A stretch of 64,000 nt of DNA from an uncultured Gemmatimonadales bacterium (lineage in GTDB: Bacteria; Gemmatimonadota; Gemmatimonadetes; Longimicrobiales; RSA9): positions 128,001-192,000 of the forward strand of contig CAWFKH010000006.1 of assembly GCA_963816355.1 (NCBI GenBank), in the 5' to 3' direction. The position numbers and the translations under genes were made by a program. Below are positions 24,585 through 34,574 of the stretch, in pieces; the first letter of the stretch is position 1; the number at the start of each line of letters is the position of its first letter. The notes beneath the pieces were generated by a model. That model saw only the letters and a list, made by a program, of their open reading frames with translations, made no database searches and was not told the DNA's origin.

Positions 24585-26120
24585 ATGGAACGGGAACCCC
24601 GACCTCCGGAGCAGATGAACGAACGCGATCCTCTCGCGGTGCTGCGGGAGGTCTTCGGCTACGACGGCTTCCGCCCAGGTCAGCGCGAGGTGATCGAGAC
24701 GGTGCTCAACGGGCGCGACTGCATCGCGGTCATGCCCACCGGCGCCGGCAAGTCGCTCACCTTCCAGCTGCCGGCGAAGCTCCTGGACGGCACCGTGCTC
24801 GTCGTTTCACCTCTGATCAGCCTGATGAAGGACCAGGTCGACGCGCTGCGCACGCTCGGTTTCCGCGCCGCGGAGATCAATTCGACGCTCGAGCCGGCGG
24901 AGCGCCGTCGTCGACTGGATGCGCTGCGGTCGGGTGCGCTGGAGCTGGCGTACGTGGCACCGGAGGCGCTCGACGGCAGCCTGAGGGACTTCGTGCGGGG
25001 CTGCCCGCTGGCGCTTCTCGTGGTGGACGAGGCGCACTGCATCTCACAGTGGGGCCACGATTTCCGCCCTTCGTACCGGCGCCTCCAGGGGCTGCGCGAG
25101 GAGCTCGGCGGCATCCCGGTGCTCGCCCTGACCGCGACCGCCACGCGCCAGGTCGCGCGCGATATCCTGCGCCAGCTCGGCATGCGCAGGCCCGGCGGAT
25201 ACAAGGGCTCCTTCTTCCGGCGCAACCTGCGTATCCGCTGCCGCAAGAAAGGGCAGGGCGACACCCGTCGCGAGATCCTTGCGCTGATCCGCGAGCGGCG
25301 CGGTGAGCCGGGAATCGTCTACTGCATGTCCCGCCGCACCGTCGAGTCTACCGCGTCCTTCCTGCGCGCCCGCGGCATCCCCGCCTTGCCGTACCACGCC
25401 GGCCTGCCCGACGCCGAGCGCGCCGCCAACCAGGACGCCTTCGCGCGCGACGAGGTCGACGTGATCGTCGCGACGATCGCCTTCGGCATGGGCATCGACA
25501 AGTCGAACGTGCGCTTCGTCGTGCACCGTGACATGCCGAAGGATGTCGAGTCCTGGTACCAGGAGATCGGGCGCGCCGGCCGCGACGGCGAGCCGAGCGA
25601 CTGCTTCCTCTTCTACTCGTGGGCCGACGTCAAGCTGCACGAGCGCTTCCTCTCCGGCATCGAGGACGTCGAGCTGAAGCGCTCCAAGCGCGCCGCCACC
25701 CTCAAGCTGTTCGATCTCCTCGAGCGACCGCTCTGCCGCCACCAGGCGATCCTCGCCCACTTCGACGAGTCGATCGAGCCGTGCGCGGATGCGTGCGATG
25801 TCTGCACCGGCGTCGGCGTCGCTGACCTCGTCGAGCAGGCGACGGCGGCCGCGGTACGCTCCCGCGGCACACGCCGCACCGTCGCGGAGCGTGCCGCGCC
25901 CGCGTCGCACGATCCGCTCTTCGAGCGCCTGCGCGCGCTGCGCAAACACCTCGCCGACGAGCAGGGGGTCCCCGCCTACATCGTCTTCAGCGACGCCGTC
26001 CTGCGCGAGATGGTCGAGCGGCGGCCCGCGACCGCCGTCGAGATGCTCGACGTGCCAGGCGTCGGCCCGGCCAAGCTGGAGCGTTACGGCGAGGCGTTCC
26101 TGCGCGAGCTGCGCGGCTGA
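24585..26120 (+). CDS. recQ: ATP-dependent DNA helicase RecQ with HRDC domain
   Basis: MPTGAGKS, DEAHCISQWGHDFRPSY, TATAT, QEIGRAGRDG, Zn-binding Cys, HRDC (VPAYIVFSD). Confidence 0.95.
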   Translation: MEREPRPPEQMNERDPLAVLREVFGYDGFRPGQREVIETVLNGRDCIAVMPTGAGKSLTFQLPAKLLDGTVLVVSPLISLMKDQVDALRTLGFRAAEINSTLEPAERRRRLDALRSGALELAYVAPEALDGSLRDFVRGCPLALLVVDEAHCISQWGHDFRPSYRRLQGLREELGGIPVLALTATATRQVARDILRQLGMRRPGGYKGSFFRRNLRIRCRKKGQGDTRREILALIRERRGEPGIVYCMSRRTVESTASFLRARGIPALPYHAGLPDAERAANQDAFARDEVDVIVATIAFGMGIDKSNVRFVVHRDMPKDVESWYQEIGRAGRDGEPSDCFLFYSWADVKLHERFLSGIEDVELKRSKRAATLKLFDLLERPLCRHQAILAHFDESIEPCADACDVCTGVGVADLVEQATAAAVRSRGTRRTVAERAAPASHDPLFERLRALRKHLADEQGVPAYIVFSDAVLREMVERRPATAVEMLDVPGVGPAKLERYGEAFLRELRG

Positions 26121-26136
26121 GGAGAGGAAGCCCGCC

Positions 26137-26213
26137 CGGCGGCGAACCCCTCCGCGCCCCCCGCGCCCTCCGCGTGAAACAAACCGGCGACCCGGCCTCG
26201 CCGCGAAGCGTCC
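26137..26213 (+). repeat. Dispersed ~77-bp intergenic repeat, copy 1
   Basis: ggcggcgaacccctccgcgccccccgcgccctccgcgtgaaacaaaccggcgacccggcctcgccgcgaagcgtcc; near-identical reverse-complement copy at ~37029-37105. Confidence 0.9.
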
Positions 26214-26396
26214 CCAGCGCGGCTTCTTGCGGAGGACGCGGAGGATATCCTCGCGGAGGCGCGCGGGCGGCGTCGAGGAACGCCGAGATGTCGCGCGCCG
26301 GCGTCGTCCCACCTGGCGATTCCAAGGTCGGCCGCCGCGCCCCCTCGAACGCGGCCGGCCTGGCAGGCTCGCCCGCGCATCGCTAGCTTGCCGGCC

Positions 26397-26897
26397 ATGG
26401 CGAACCAGAACTCTTTCGACGTGACGACCGGAGTGGATCTTCAGGAAGTCGACAACGCGGTCAACCAGGCGATGAAGGAGGTCGCCAACCGTTACGACTT
26501 CAAGGGGACGAACTGCACGATCGAGCTGGACCGCAAGGCGGCCGTGCTACGGCTCGAGGCCGACGACGAGTACCGGCTCTCCGCGCTCTTCGACGTGCTC
26601 CAGTCGAAGCTCGTGCGCCGCGGCGTCCCCCTGAAGAACCTCACGCCCGGCAAGCTCGACCACGGTGGGCTCGGCCGCGCGCGCCAGGAGGTGCAGCTCC
26701 AGCAGGGCATCTCCACGGAGACCGCGCGCGAGATCGTGAAGGCCGTCAAGGCGCAGGGATTCAAGAAGGTGCAGGTCGCCATCCAGGGCGATGAGCTCCG
26801 CGTCTCCGCGCCCGTCCGTGACACGCTGCAGGAAGTGATCGCGTTCCTGCGCGGCGAGGATTATGGCGTCGAGCTTCGCTTCGGCAACTACCGGTAG
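26397..26897 (+). CDS. yajQ: YajQ family nucleotide (c-di-GMP)-binding protein
   Basis: SFDV..DLQEVDNAVNQ..RYDFKG..KVQVAIQGDELRVS..LQEVI..FGNYR. Confidence 0.95.
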   Translation: MANQNSFDVTTGVDLQEVDNAVNQAMKEVANRYDFKGTNCTIELDRKAAVLRLEADDEYRLSALFDVLQSKLVRRGVPLKNLTPGKLDHGGLGRARQEVQLQQGISTETAREIVKAVKAQGFKKVQVAIQGDELRVSAPVRDTLQEVIAFLRGEDYGVELRFGNYR

Positions 26898-27031
26898 CGG
26901 ATCTAGGACACCGCAGACGCAAAGAAGGGACGCGGCACGCCGCGCCCCTTCCTGATCGGATCCGACGGTCGGGCTCCCTCACCCGCACTCTCGACTCCGC
27001 GCCGGCGGCAGCCGCCGCCGGACATCGCGTG

Positions 27032-27385
27032 CTACCAGCGGTCCTGCTGACCCCCGCCGTAGCCGCCGCGATCACCGCCCCGCGGCCCGCCGCCGCTCCG
27101 CGCGCGGCCCTCGCCGCCGAAGCCGCGCCCACGGCCGCCCGCTGCCCCGGGACCTTCCGGCGCGCCGCCCTCCGGCGCGTCCAGCCGGACCACGTTCTGC
27201 GCCTTCAGACCCTTCGGCTCCTCGATGACGTCGAACTCCACGCGCTCACCCTCGTTGAGCGTGCGGAATCCACTACCCTGGATCGACGTGTGATGGACGA
27301 AGACGTCCGGCCCCTCCTCCTGACGGATGAAGCCGTACCCCTTCTCCTGCGAAAACCACTTGACCGTGCCGGTGATGCGAGCCAT
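27032..27385 (-). CDS. Cold-shock domain protein with Gly/Arg-rich (RGG) C-terminal tail
   Basis: [26 protein letters not shown]; tail [23 protein letters not shown]. Confidence 0.93.
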   Translation of the reverse strand: MARITGTVKWFSQEKGYGFIRQEEGPDVFVHHTSIQGSGFRTLNEGERVEFDVIEEPKGLKAQNVVRLDAPEGGAPEGPGAAGGRGRGFGGEGRARSGGGPRGGDRGGYGGGQQDRW

Positions 27386-27557
27386 TACCGTTGCTCCGAG
27401 ATGAGAAATAGCCCCGCAGGCGTAGACGAAGGCACGAGCGCGAAATCCTCGTCCGCTGCAGGGTGGATAAGTTCCGCCACGGCGGACGACGTCGCTCCGA
27501 CGCCGCCGGCGTGGCCGTTCGTTCCGGCGCCGCGATCTCTCGCGGGCCGTGCGCTCG

Positions 27558-27752
27558 TCAGCGGCCGCGCCTGCGCGAACGGGCGTTCCGTCGGCGCGCA
27601 GCCGCCGCCTTCCGCTTCTTTGCCTCGCTCGGCTTTTCGTAGAAACGGCGCTTCTTCATATCCTTGAACAACCCGGATCGGATCACCTTGCGCCGGAACT
27701 GCTTGAGTGCCCAATCGAGCCGGTCGTTCTCGCCCAGCTTCACTTCGACCAT
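27558..27752 (-). CDS. rpsU: 30S ribosomal protein S21
   Basis: [37 protein letters not shown]. Confidence 0.93.
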   Translation of the reverse strand: MVEVKLGENDRLDWALKQFRRKVIRSGLFKDMKKRRFYEKPSEAKKRKAAAARRRNARSRRRGR

Positions 27753-27969
27753 AGACAAACCCCCGTGAAAATAACGACGGGATCCAGGATGGGGCCCCGG
27801 ATCCCGATCTCGCCCCGCGGCTCGGGGAAATTGGTACCGATTTCGTTCCGCCCGCAAGCTCCGTGACAATCCGCCCACGTTAAGGCCTAAGGTAGTGCAT
27901 CGGCCGCCGTGCGTCCAGACCCGCCACAATCGTTCCGGAGCCCCGCGCGCCGAGCGGCGCGGCCGTGGC

Positions 27970-28473
27970 TCAGGGACCGCCGGGCAGAAGGAGCTCGAAG
28001 CGCAGCGGCAGGACGCGTCGGGCGCGAGGGCCGGGCGCGGCGGGACTCTCGTCGCTGCGGTTGAACTGCGACGCCACGAAGACGCCGGCGGCCGCGACGC
28101 CGGCGCCGACGAGGAGCGCGGTGCGGGTGCGGTCGAGGCGCTTGAGCTCGACCTCGATGAAGTCCGGCGTGGGGACGCTCACGCGCTGGTTGATCGTCTG
28201 CAGTCCCGCGGCGCCCACCGACTGCACCGCGACGGGGACGAGGAGCATCACGGCGTCGCTCGTATTGACGAGCACCGAGCCCTGCAACACGGGCGAATTC
28301 CGGCCGAGCAGGGGAACGAGGTGCGCGGCGGCTTCGGGAGTGACGCGGGCGCGCACCTGCTGGCCGGGCCGTACGTCGGCGAGGTCGACGCGCCGGTAGG
28401 CGTAGCAGCCGGCGGAGGGGGAGAGGAGGAGCGAAACCGCGAGCGCGCGGGTGAGCCGGCCCGGCGTCGTCAC
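27970..28473 (-). CDS. Hypothetical lipoprotein with C-terminal TM segment
   Basis: GTG start overlaps upstream TGA (GTGA); lipobox SAGC; hydrophobic TALLVGAGVAAAGVFV. Confidence 0.7.
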   Translation of the reverse strand: MTTPGRLTRALAVSLLLSPSAGCYAYRRVDLADVRPGQQVRARVTPEAAAHLVPLLGRNSPVLQGSVLVNTSDAVMLLVPVAVQSVGAAGLQTINQRVSVPTPDFIEVELKRLDRTRTALLVGAGVAAAGVFVASQFNRSDESPAAPGPRARRVLPLRFELLLPGGP

Positions 28474-31280
28474 TTCACCCCGCTCGTGGCGGCGGCGCTC
28501 TGGTCGAGCGCGTTGAAGAAGAGCTTGAAGGTGCCGTGCGGCTGCGCGCGGAAGAGGATCTCGGGGCCGAACAGGTAGAGCGTCCCCGTGCCGACGTCCG
28601 CCTGCGCGACCGCGGCGCCACCCTCGAGCACCTGCTGGCCCCACGCCCAGCCGCTGCGCAGCGGCTGGGCGCTGTCGTACCAGCCGATGCGGCGGACGCC
28701 GGCGGCGGCGGCGGAGTCGGCGATGGCGAAGACGGGCGAGTTGTCGAAGAAGACGTCGGCGTGCTCGTCCATTCCGAACGTCAGCGGCTGGCCGGTGTCC
28801 AGCCGCATCTCGAGCAGCGAGCCGGGGATGTAGTACTCCTCGCGGGTGAGCGGGCGGACCGTCCCATCCGGCAGCTTCTTCACGAGCTGGTCGCCCACTG
28901 GCAGGCCGAGCTCGCTCGCGAGCACGGTGGAGCTGCCGATCGTGATGATGCTTCCGCCCTGTCGCAGGAACTCGCGCAGCGCGGGTACCGTCTTCTCGAC
29001 CGTGAGCGAGCCGATCGTGGGCCAGTATTCGCGCGGCACACGGGAGGAGTCCGGCGCGCCGCCGAAGCCGCGGCGCGCGCCGTCCGGACCCGGCACCGCG
29101 CCGTCGACGAGGACGATCACGTCGTACTTCCGGCGCAGCTTGCCCGCGTCCAGTTGCTGAGCGTACACGCGCTGGTAGGAGAACTCCCACTGCTCGAGGA
29201 TCCAGCGCGTCCAGCCGGACGGGATGGAGCCGCCGTAGCGGTCCCAGAGCGCGATGCGGGGCGCCTTCAGCCGGTACTGCTCGCCGGCAGGTCGCGCGGC
29301 GACGGCGTCGAAGTGGAGGCCGAGGTCGGCGGCGGCGTTGCGGACGAGCGCCGGCGCGCGACCCCTTGCCGGCACGTAGAAGGAGCCCGCCTCGAAGGTG
29401 TGGCCGCCGGCGCTCCAGGGGCTCTTCAGGCGATACACGGGAGCGTCGGCGGCGAGCAGCCGGTTGGCGGCGCGGAAGGCGTCGTCGTAGCGCGGCGAGA
29501 GCACGTAGCCGACGGCGCCGGGTGTGCTCGCGACGTCGCCGGCGGGCAGCGGCACGTCGTCGCCCTGGATCGGCTGGAACGGACCGTCGAAGCGGTCCAG
29601 GATGCGGTCGAAGCGGACGCCCATCTGCAGCGCGAGGGTCCAGCCGGCGTTGTCATAGGGCGGGATCGGCGGACCGCCCGGATACGCGAAGTCGTTCGGA
29701 TGGTCCTGTGGCTCGAACATGTCGAGGACGTAGGGGCGGAACGCCTGCGCCGTGGGAACGACGAACGACCCCGCCGGATAGCGCTTGCCGCCCACGGTGA
29801 AGGCGGCGGTCGCGCGCTCGACGGTGACGCCAGCCAGCATCAGCTTGTGGACGAACTTCGCGGCGGTGGGGAAATCCGGCTGGTCGGCGGGCAGGATGTA
29901 GCCGCGCGGCGCGCGCATCCCGGGGCGGTGGAGCATCGCGTAGTAGCGGGCCGAGCGCGCGGAGTCGGGCGCGGCGCGGAAGCGGCGGCCGTTCGCGCCG
30001 CCGGTGCCGGCGCCGTCGTCGCGATCCGCCGCGAGCGCCTCGCGGGTCTCCTCGATGCGGTCCGGCGTCACGACCCAGCTGTCGCGGCTGCCGCGCTCGA
30101 TCTCGTTCGCGCCCATCCGGTAGGCGTTGTAGAGGAAGCTCTCGCGGTAGCGCTGCGCGACGTCGAGCACCGCGTAGTTGGCGGTGAGCGAGTAGTCGAC
30201 CGACTGGCGGAAGTGCCATTTTCCGGGCTTCACCGGGAGCGGCAGGTCGCCGTGCGGCAGCTGCATCGCGGGCAGGAACGGCACCTCGATCGGCGTCGGG
30301 TTGCCGATCGTCTCCGTGAGCAGGCCGACCATGTTGTGGAAGTACGCCGCGGTACGCAGGCCGCCGTTCCACCACGTCGAGTAGTTCGAGCCGCTGCGCG
30401 TCGTCACGCCGCCCTTGCCCTCGACGTCGAAGCGCGTGTGCATCGCCGCGCCCACGAGGTCGAGCTCGTTCACCACGATCGGATCGTAGACGTAGTTGAA
30501 CGGGTCGCGGAACGGTGGCGAGAACATCACCGTGCCGGCGGGGCCGGTCTGGTGGTGGTTGTAGATGATCTGCGGGAACCACTCGCGGTACTGCACGCGC
30601 TCCATGTTGCGCGTCTCGGGCATGTTGAGCGCATAGAAGTCGCGGTTGTTGTCGTGGCCCACGTACTTCTGGTAGAGGCGCGGGATGCCGTCCGTGGAGC
30701 GCTTCGTCGGGTCCGGCTCGCGCATGTACCAGCTCGAGACGAGCTGCATGCCGTCCGGGTTCGCCTGCACCGCGAGCACAATGACGTCGGACAGGATGCG
30801 GCGCGTCTCCGCGTCGTCCCGGCTCACCAGCTCGTAGACGGTCTCCATCAGCTGCTGCGCGCCGAGCACCTCCGTCGCGTGAAGACCGCCGTCGATCCAG
30901 ACGACCGCCTTCCCCTCGTGCGCCAGCGCCCGCGCCTGCTCGTCCGTCACCCCCTTCGCCAGCGCCAGACGCCGCGAGATCTCACGGTAGTGATCGAGAC
31001 GGGCGATGTTCTCCGGCGCGCTGATGATCGCCATGTACTGCGGCCGGTCCTCCGCCGTGCGCCCGATTTCGACCAACTTCATGCGGTCCGACTCCGACGC
31101 CAGCTTCTTCCAGTACGCGCTGAGATCGTCGTAGTCCGGGAGCACGTAATCCGCGCCGATCTCGTGGCCGAAGAACGTGACCGGGGTGGTGACCTTTGTC
31201 TGCGCCGCGAGAGCGGATACGGTGGCAAGCCAGAGCAGCACCAGGACGGGTGCGCTCCGGCGATGGTTCATCGTCCACAT
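28470..31280 (-). CDS. M14 family zinc carboxypeptidase-like exported protein
   Basis: Signal peptide; DGGLHATE (HxxE), NPDG, HDNNRD, YNHHQ; C-terminal GATase-like domain. Confidence 0.88.
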   Translation of the reverse strand: MWTMNHRRSAPVLVLLWLATVSALAAQTKVTTPVTFFGHEIGADYVLPDYDDLSAYWKKLASESDRMKLVEIGRTAEDRPQYMAIISAPENIARLDHYREISRRLALAKGVTDEQARALAHEGKAVVWIDGGLHATEVLGAQQLMETVYELVSRDDAETRRILSDVIVLAVQANPDGMQLVSSWYMREPDPTKRSTDGIPRLYQKYVGHDNNRDFYALNMPETRNMERVQYREWFPQIIYNHHQTGPAGTVMFSPPFRDPFNYVYDPIVVNELDLVGAAMHTRFDVEGKGGVTTRSGSNYSTWWNGGLRTAAYFHNMVGLLTETIGNPTPIEVPFLPAMQLPHGDLPLPVKPGKWHFRQSVDYSLTANYAVLDVAQRYRESFLYNAYRMGANEIERGSRDSWVVTPDRIEETREALAADRDDGAGTGGANGRRFRAAPDSARSARYYAMLHRPGMRAPRGYILPADQPDFPTAAKFVHKLMLAGVTVERATAAFTVGGKRYPAGSFVVPTAQAFRPYVLDMFEPQDHPNDFAYPGGPPIPPYDNAGWTLALQMGVRFDRILDRFDGPFQPIQGDDVPLPAGDVASTPGAVGYVLSPRYDDAFRAANRLLAADAPVYRLKSPWSAGGHTFEAGSFYVPARGRAPALVRNAAADLGLHFDAVAARPAGEQYRLKAPRIALWDRYGGSIPSGWTRWILEQWEFSYQRVYAQQLDAGKLRRKYDVIVLVDGAVPGPDGARRGFGGAPDSSRVPREYWPTIGSLTVEKTVPALREFLRQGGSIITIGSSTVLASELGLPVGDQLVKKLPDGTVRPLTREEYYIPGSLLEMRLDTGQPLTFGMDEHADVFFDNSPVFAIADSAAAAGVRRIGWYDSAQPLRSGWAWGQQVLEGGAAVAQADVGTGTLYLFGPEILFRAQPHGTFKLFFNALDQSAAATSGVK

Positions 31281-31371
31281 CGGATCCTCACGAATCCAGG
31301 AAGCGGGTGACCCGATGGAAGAACCGGGTCGGCTGGTGGGCGGGACCGCGCGCGCGGCCGCGACGCTCGAC

Positions 31372-31400
31372 ATTCTGGTCCGCGCGGGCGGAGAAGTCAA
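31372..31400 (-). promoter_or_regulatory. Putative sigma70 promoter for the M14 peptidase gene
   Basis: TTGACT-N17-CAGAAT on the minus strand, ~90 nt upstream of the start. Confidence 0.5.
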
Positions 31401-31553
31401 CCGATGAGCGGCCGACGGGGAGAGGTGGGGTGCGCATGCCGAAACGGCGGGCGCTGGCCGCGTGGTGGTGCATGCGCGTAGACTTGAAAGAACGGGTGGG
31501 GAAGGGGGGAGTGCGGAGCGGGCACCGGCGAGGAGCGGAGGCGCCGACGGCGC

Positions 31554-34190
31554 ATGGCTGAGCCGACGAACACGGGGCTCGACGCGGCTCCGACGGCAGC
31601 GACGGAGGCGGAGGCGGTCCGAGGCCGGCACGGCATCCTCGCGGCGGCGCTCGCGCTGCTCTTCTTCGCGGTCGCGTTGTGGCTGATCGAAAGGGAGCTG
31701 CGCCACTACCGCTACAGCGAGGTGGTGGCGGCGCTGCGTGGCCTGGGTGCGGTGCAGATCCTGGAGGCCGTCGGTCTCACGGCGCTGAACTACGTGGTGC
31801 TGACCGGCTACGACTTCCTGGGACTGCGCTACATCCGGCGGCCCCTGCCGTACCACAAGAGCGCGCTCGCCGCCTTCGCGGGATACGCGATCGGTCAGGC
31901 GCTGGGCTTCCCGCTGCTGACGGCGGCGCCGATCCGCTACCGGCTGTATTCGGGGTGGGGCCTCTCGGCGGTGGAGATCACGCAGGTGGTCGCGTTCTAC
32001 TCGATCACCTTCTGGCTCGGCTATCTCCTGGTGGCGGGGTTCGCGCTGGTGCTGCATCCGCCCGGAGTGCCGCTGCTGCACACGCGGTTCCTCCCGACCC
32101 GGCTGATCGGCGCGATCTTCCTTCTGCTGGTGGCGCTGTACGTCGCGTGGAGCGTCTTCGGCCGGCGAGCGGTGGGTCGCGGGGAGTGGACGTTCGATCC
32201 GCCGCGACCCGGCCTCGCAGCGGCGCAGCTCGGCTTCGCCGCGGTCGACTGGGTGGTGGCGGCGGGGGTGCTGTTCGTGCTGCTGCCGGGCGGCGTCTCC
32301 TTCCCCATCTTCCTCTCCGTCTTCCTCGCCGCCCAGCTCGCGGGCGTGGTGAGCCACGTGCCGGGTGGGCTGGGCGTCTTCGAGGCGGTCGTGCTGCTGC
32401 TACTGCCGGGCCAGGCGACGAATCCGGGGGCCGTGGGCGCGCTGCTCGCCTACCGCGCCATCTACTACCTGCTGCCGCTGGCGGGCGCGATCGTGGCGCT
32501 CGGCGTCTCCGAGCTGCGGCGCCGGCGCGAGGGCGTCAAGCGCGTCGTGGGCGTGCTGCGCGGGGGGTGGGACGCGATCGCGCCCGTGCTCCTCGCGGGC
32601 GCGGTCTTCCTCGGCGGCGCGATCCTGCTCTTCTCCGGGGCGACGCCACCGATCGTCGAGCGCTTCCGCGAGCTGTCGCACATCGTGCCGCTGCCGCTGA
32701 TCGAGCTGTCGCATTTCCTGGGCAGCGTCGTGGGCGCGGCCCTCCTCGTGCTGGCCTGGGGGCTGCAGCGCCGCCTGGACGCCGCCTACCAGCTCACCGT
32801 GCTCCTTCTCGCGATCGGCGTGGTCGCATCGCTCGCCAAGGGGCTGGACTACGAGGAGGCGACGGCGCTCACGATCATGCTCGGCGTGCTCGTCGCCTCT
32901 CGCCGTTCCTTCTACCGGCCGACGTCGCTCACCGCGGAGACGTTCGACACCGAATGGATCGTCGCCGTCTGCGTCGTCGTGGGCGGCTCGATCTGGCTCG
33001 GCTTCTTCGCCTACAAGCACGTCGCCTACTCGTCGGAGCTGTGGTGGCGCTTCGCCCTGCACGCGGATGCGCCTCGCTTCCTGCGCGCCACGGTCGGCGC
33101 GGTCGGCGCCCTGCTGATCTTCGCCGCGATGCGGCTGATGCGGCCGGCACGGCCGGAGCCGGCGGCACCCACGCCCGCGGCGCTCGACCGTGCCGAGGCG
33201 GCGATCGAGCGCCAGCCGTACACGCACGCCTTCCTCGCGTTGCTGGGCGACAAGCGGCTGCTCTTCGGCGATCGCGACGCCTTCCTCATGTACGCCGTCT
33301 CCGGCCGCAGCTGGGTGGCGATGGGGGACCCGGTCGGCGACGACGAGCTGCGCGCCGATCTCGCCTGGCGCTTCCGCGGCCTCGCCCACGAGCACGGCGG
33401 CTGGCCGGTGTTCTACCAGGTGCAGGCCCAGAACCTCCCGCTCTACATCGACCTCGGCCTCACCCTCTCCAAGCTCGGCGAGGAGGCCCGCGTGCGGCTC
33501 CCGGACTTCACCCTCGAAGGGGGCGCCAGGAAGGGGCTGCGCTACACGCTGCGCAAGCTCGAGAAAGAGGGGTGCACGATCGACGTGCTACGCCGCGGCT
33601 GGAGCGACGACCTGCTCCCCGAGCTGCGCCGCGTCTCCGACGACTGGATCCGCCACAAGCACGCCCGCGAGAAGGCCTTCTCCCTCGGCGCCTTCCGCGA
33701 CAGCTACGTCCGCCGGCTGCCGGTCGCCGTCGTGCGCCAGGGCCCGACGATCGTCGCCTTCGCAACACTCTGGCTCTCCGGCACCCGCTACGAGGCCTCC
33801 GTCGACCTCATGCGTTACTCCGCCGACGCGCCGCCCGGCGTCATGGACTTCCTCTTCCTGCACCTGATGCAGTGGAGCCGCGAGGAAGGCTTCGACTGGT
33901 TCAACCTCGGCATGGCGCCGCTCGCCGGTCTCGAGAGCCGGCCCCTCGCTCCGTTCTGGAACCGCGTCGGCTCGCTCGTCTTTCGCTATGGCGAGAACTT
34001 CTACGGCTTCCAGGGCCTGCGGCAGTACAAGGCAAAGTTCGGCCCCGTCTGGGAGCCGAAATACCTCGCCTCGCCGGGCGGCCTCGCGCTGCCGGCGATC
34101 CTCGCCAATGTCGCCACCCTCATTTCCGGCGGCGCCGACGGCCTCCACCCGGGTGGCGGCGAGAAGCCCCCGCGGACCTCGGCGGGCTGA
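31554..34190 (+). CDS. mprF: Bifunctional aminoacyl-phosphatidylglycerol flippase/synthase MprF
   Basis: N-terminal multi-TM domain (HVPGGLGVFE, YRAIYYLLP); DUF2156 domain (GDPVG, KLGEEA, EKAFSLG, DLMR, LGMAPLAG, FQGLRQYKAKF). Confidence 0.95.
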   Translation: MAEPTNTGLDAAPTAATEAEAVRGRHGILAAALALLFFAVALWLIERELRHYRYSEVVAALRGLGAVQILEAVGLTALNYVVLTGYDFLGLRYIRRPLPYHKSALAAFAGYAIGQALGFPLLTAAPIRYRLYSGWGLSAVEITQVVAFYSITFWLGYLLVAGFALVLHPPGVPLLHTRFLPTRLIGAIFLLLVALYVAWSVFGRRAVGRGEWTFDPPRPGLAAAQLGFAAVDWVVAAGVLFVLLPGGVSFPIFLSVFLAAQLAGVVSHVPGGLGVFEAVVLLLLPGQATNPGAVGALLAYRAIYYLLPLAGAIVALGVSELRRRREGVKRVVGVLRGGWDAIAPVLLAGAVFLGGAILLFSGATPPIVERFRELSHIVPLPLIELSHFLGSVVGAALLVLAWGLQRRLDAAYQLTVLLLAIGVVASLAKGLDYEEATALTIMLGVLVASRRSFYRPTSLTAETFDTEWIVAVCVVVGGSIWLGFFAYKHVAYSSELWWRFALHADAPRFLRATVGAVGALLIFAAMRLMRPARPEPAAPTPAALDRAEAAIERQPYTHAFLALLGDKRLLFGDRDAFLMYAVSGRSWVAMGDPVGDDELRADLAWRFRGLAHEHGGWPVFYQVQAQNLPLYIDLGLTLSKLGEEARVRLPDFTLEGGARKGLRYTLRKLEKEGCTIDVLRRGWSDDLLPELRRVSDDWIRHKHAREKAFSLGAFRDSYVRRLPVAVVRQGPTIVAFATLWLSGTRYEASVDLMRYSADAPPGVMDFLFLHLMQWSREEGFDWFNLGMAPLAGLESRPLAPFWNRVGSLVFRYGENFYGFQGLRQYKAKFGPVWEPKYLASPGGLALPAILANVATLISGGADGLHPGGGEKPPRTSAG

Positions 34191-34216
34191 TCCGGCGCAG
34201 CCGCGGCCGGCGCGCG

Positions 34217-34432
34217 TCAAGGGTGGCCGGGACGCGCGTCGACGGCCGCGGATCGGCGGCAACCCGGACACACCACCAGGACACGCGTGCGTACGTAGGC
34301 GACGCCGGGCGGCGCGGGCACCTCGCGCACCGCCACCACGCGGCCGCACGCGGGGCAAGGCGGCGCGCCCTCCGCGGCCGCGATCGCAGCCGCGATCCGG
34401 TTGCGCTCCTCGCGCGTGTAGGCCTGCCTCAT
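34217..34432 (-). CDS. Small zinc-ribbon protein (71 aa)
   Basis: MRQAYTREE..CPACG..YVRTRVLVVCPGC; TATCTT 6 nt before the ATG. Confidence 0.7.
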   Translation of the reverse strand: MRQAYTREERNRIAAAIAAAEGAPPCPACGRVVAVREVPAPPGVAYVRTRVLVVCPGCRRSAAVDARPGHP

Positions 34433-34574
34433 TCGCCGAAGATAGGAGGGCGCCGTCGGCCGCGCGACGCGGCGGCGGAGCCCGGCGGGGTGCCTCCGGA
34501 CGCGCCGCAGGCCGGAACAATCGGCCTCCGCATCGGTACGGCAGCGGGCCGTTCGACCCCCTGCGACCGAGGCG

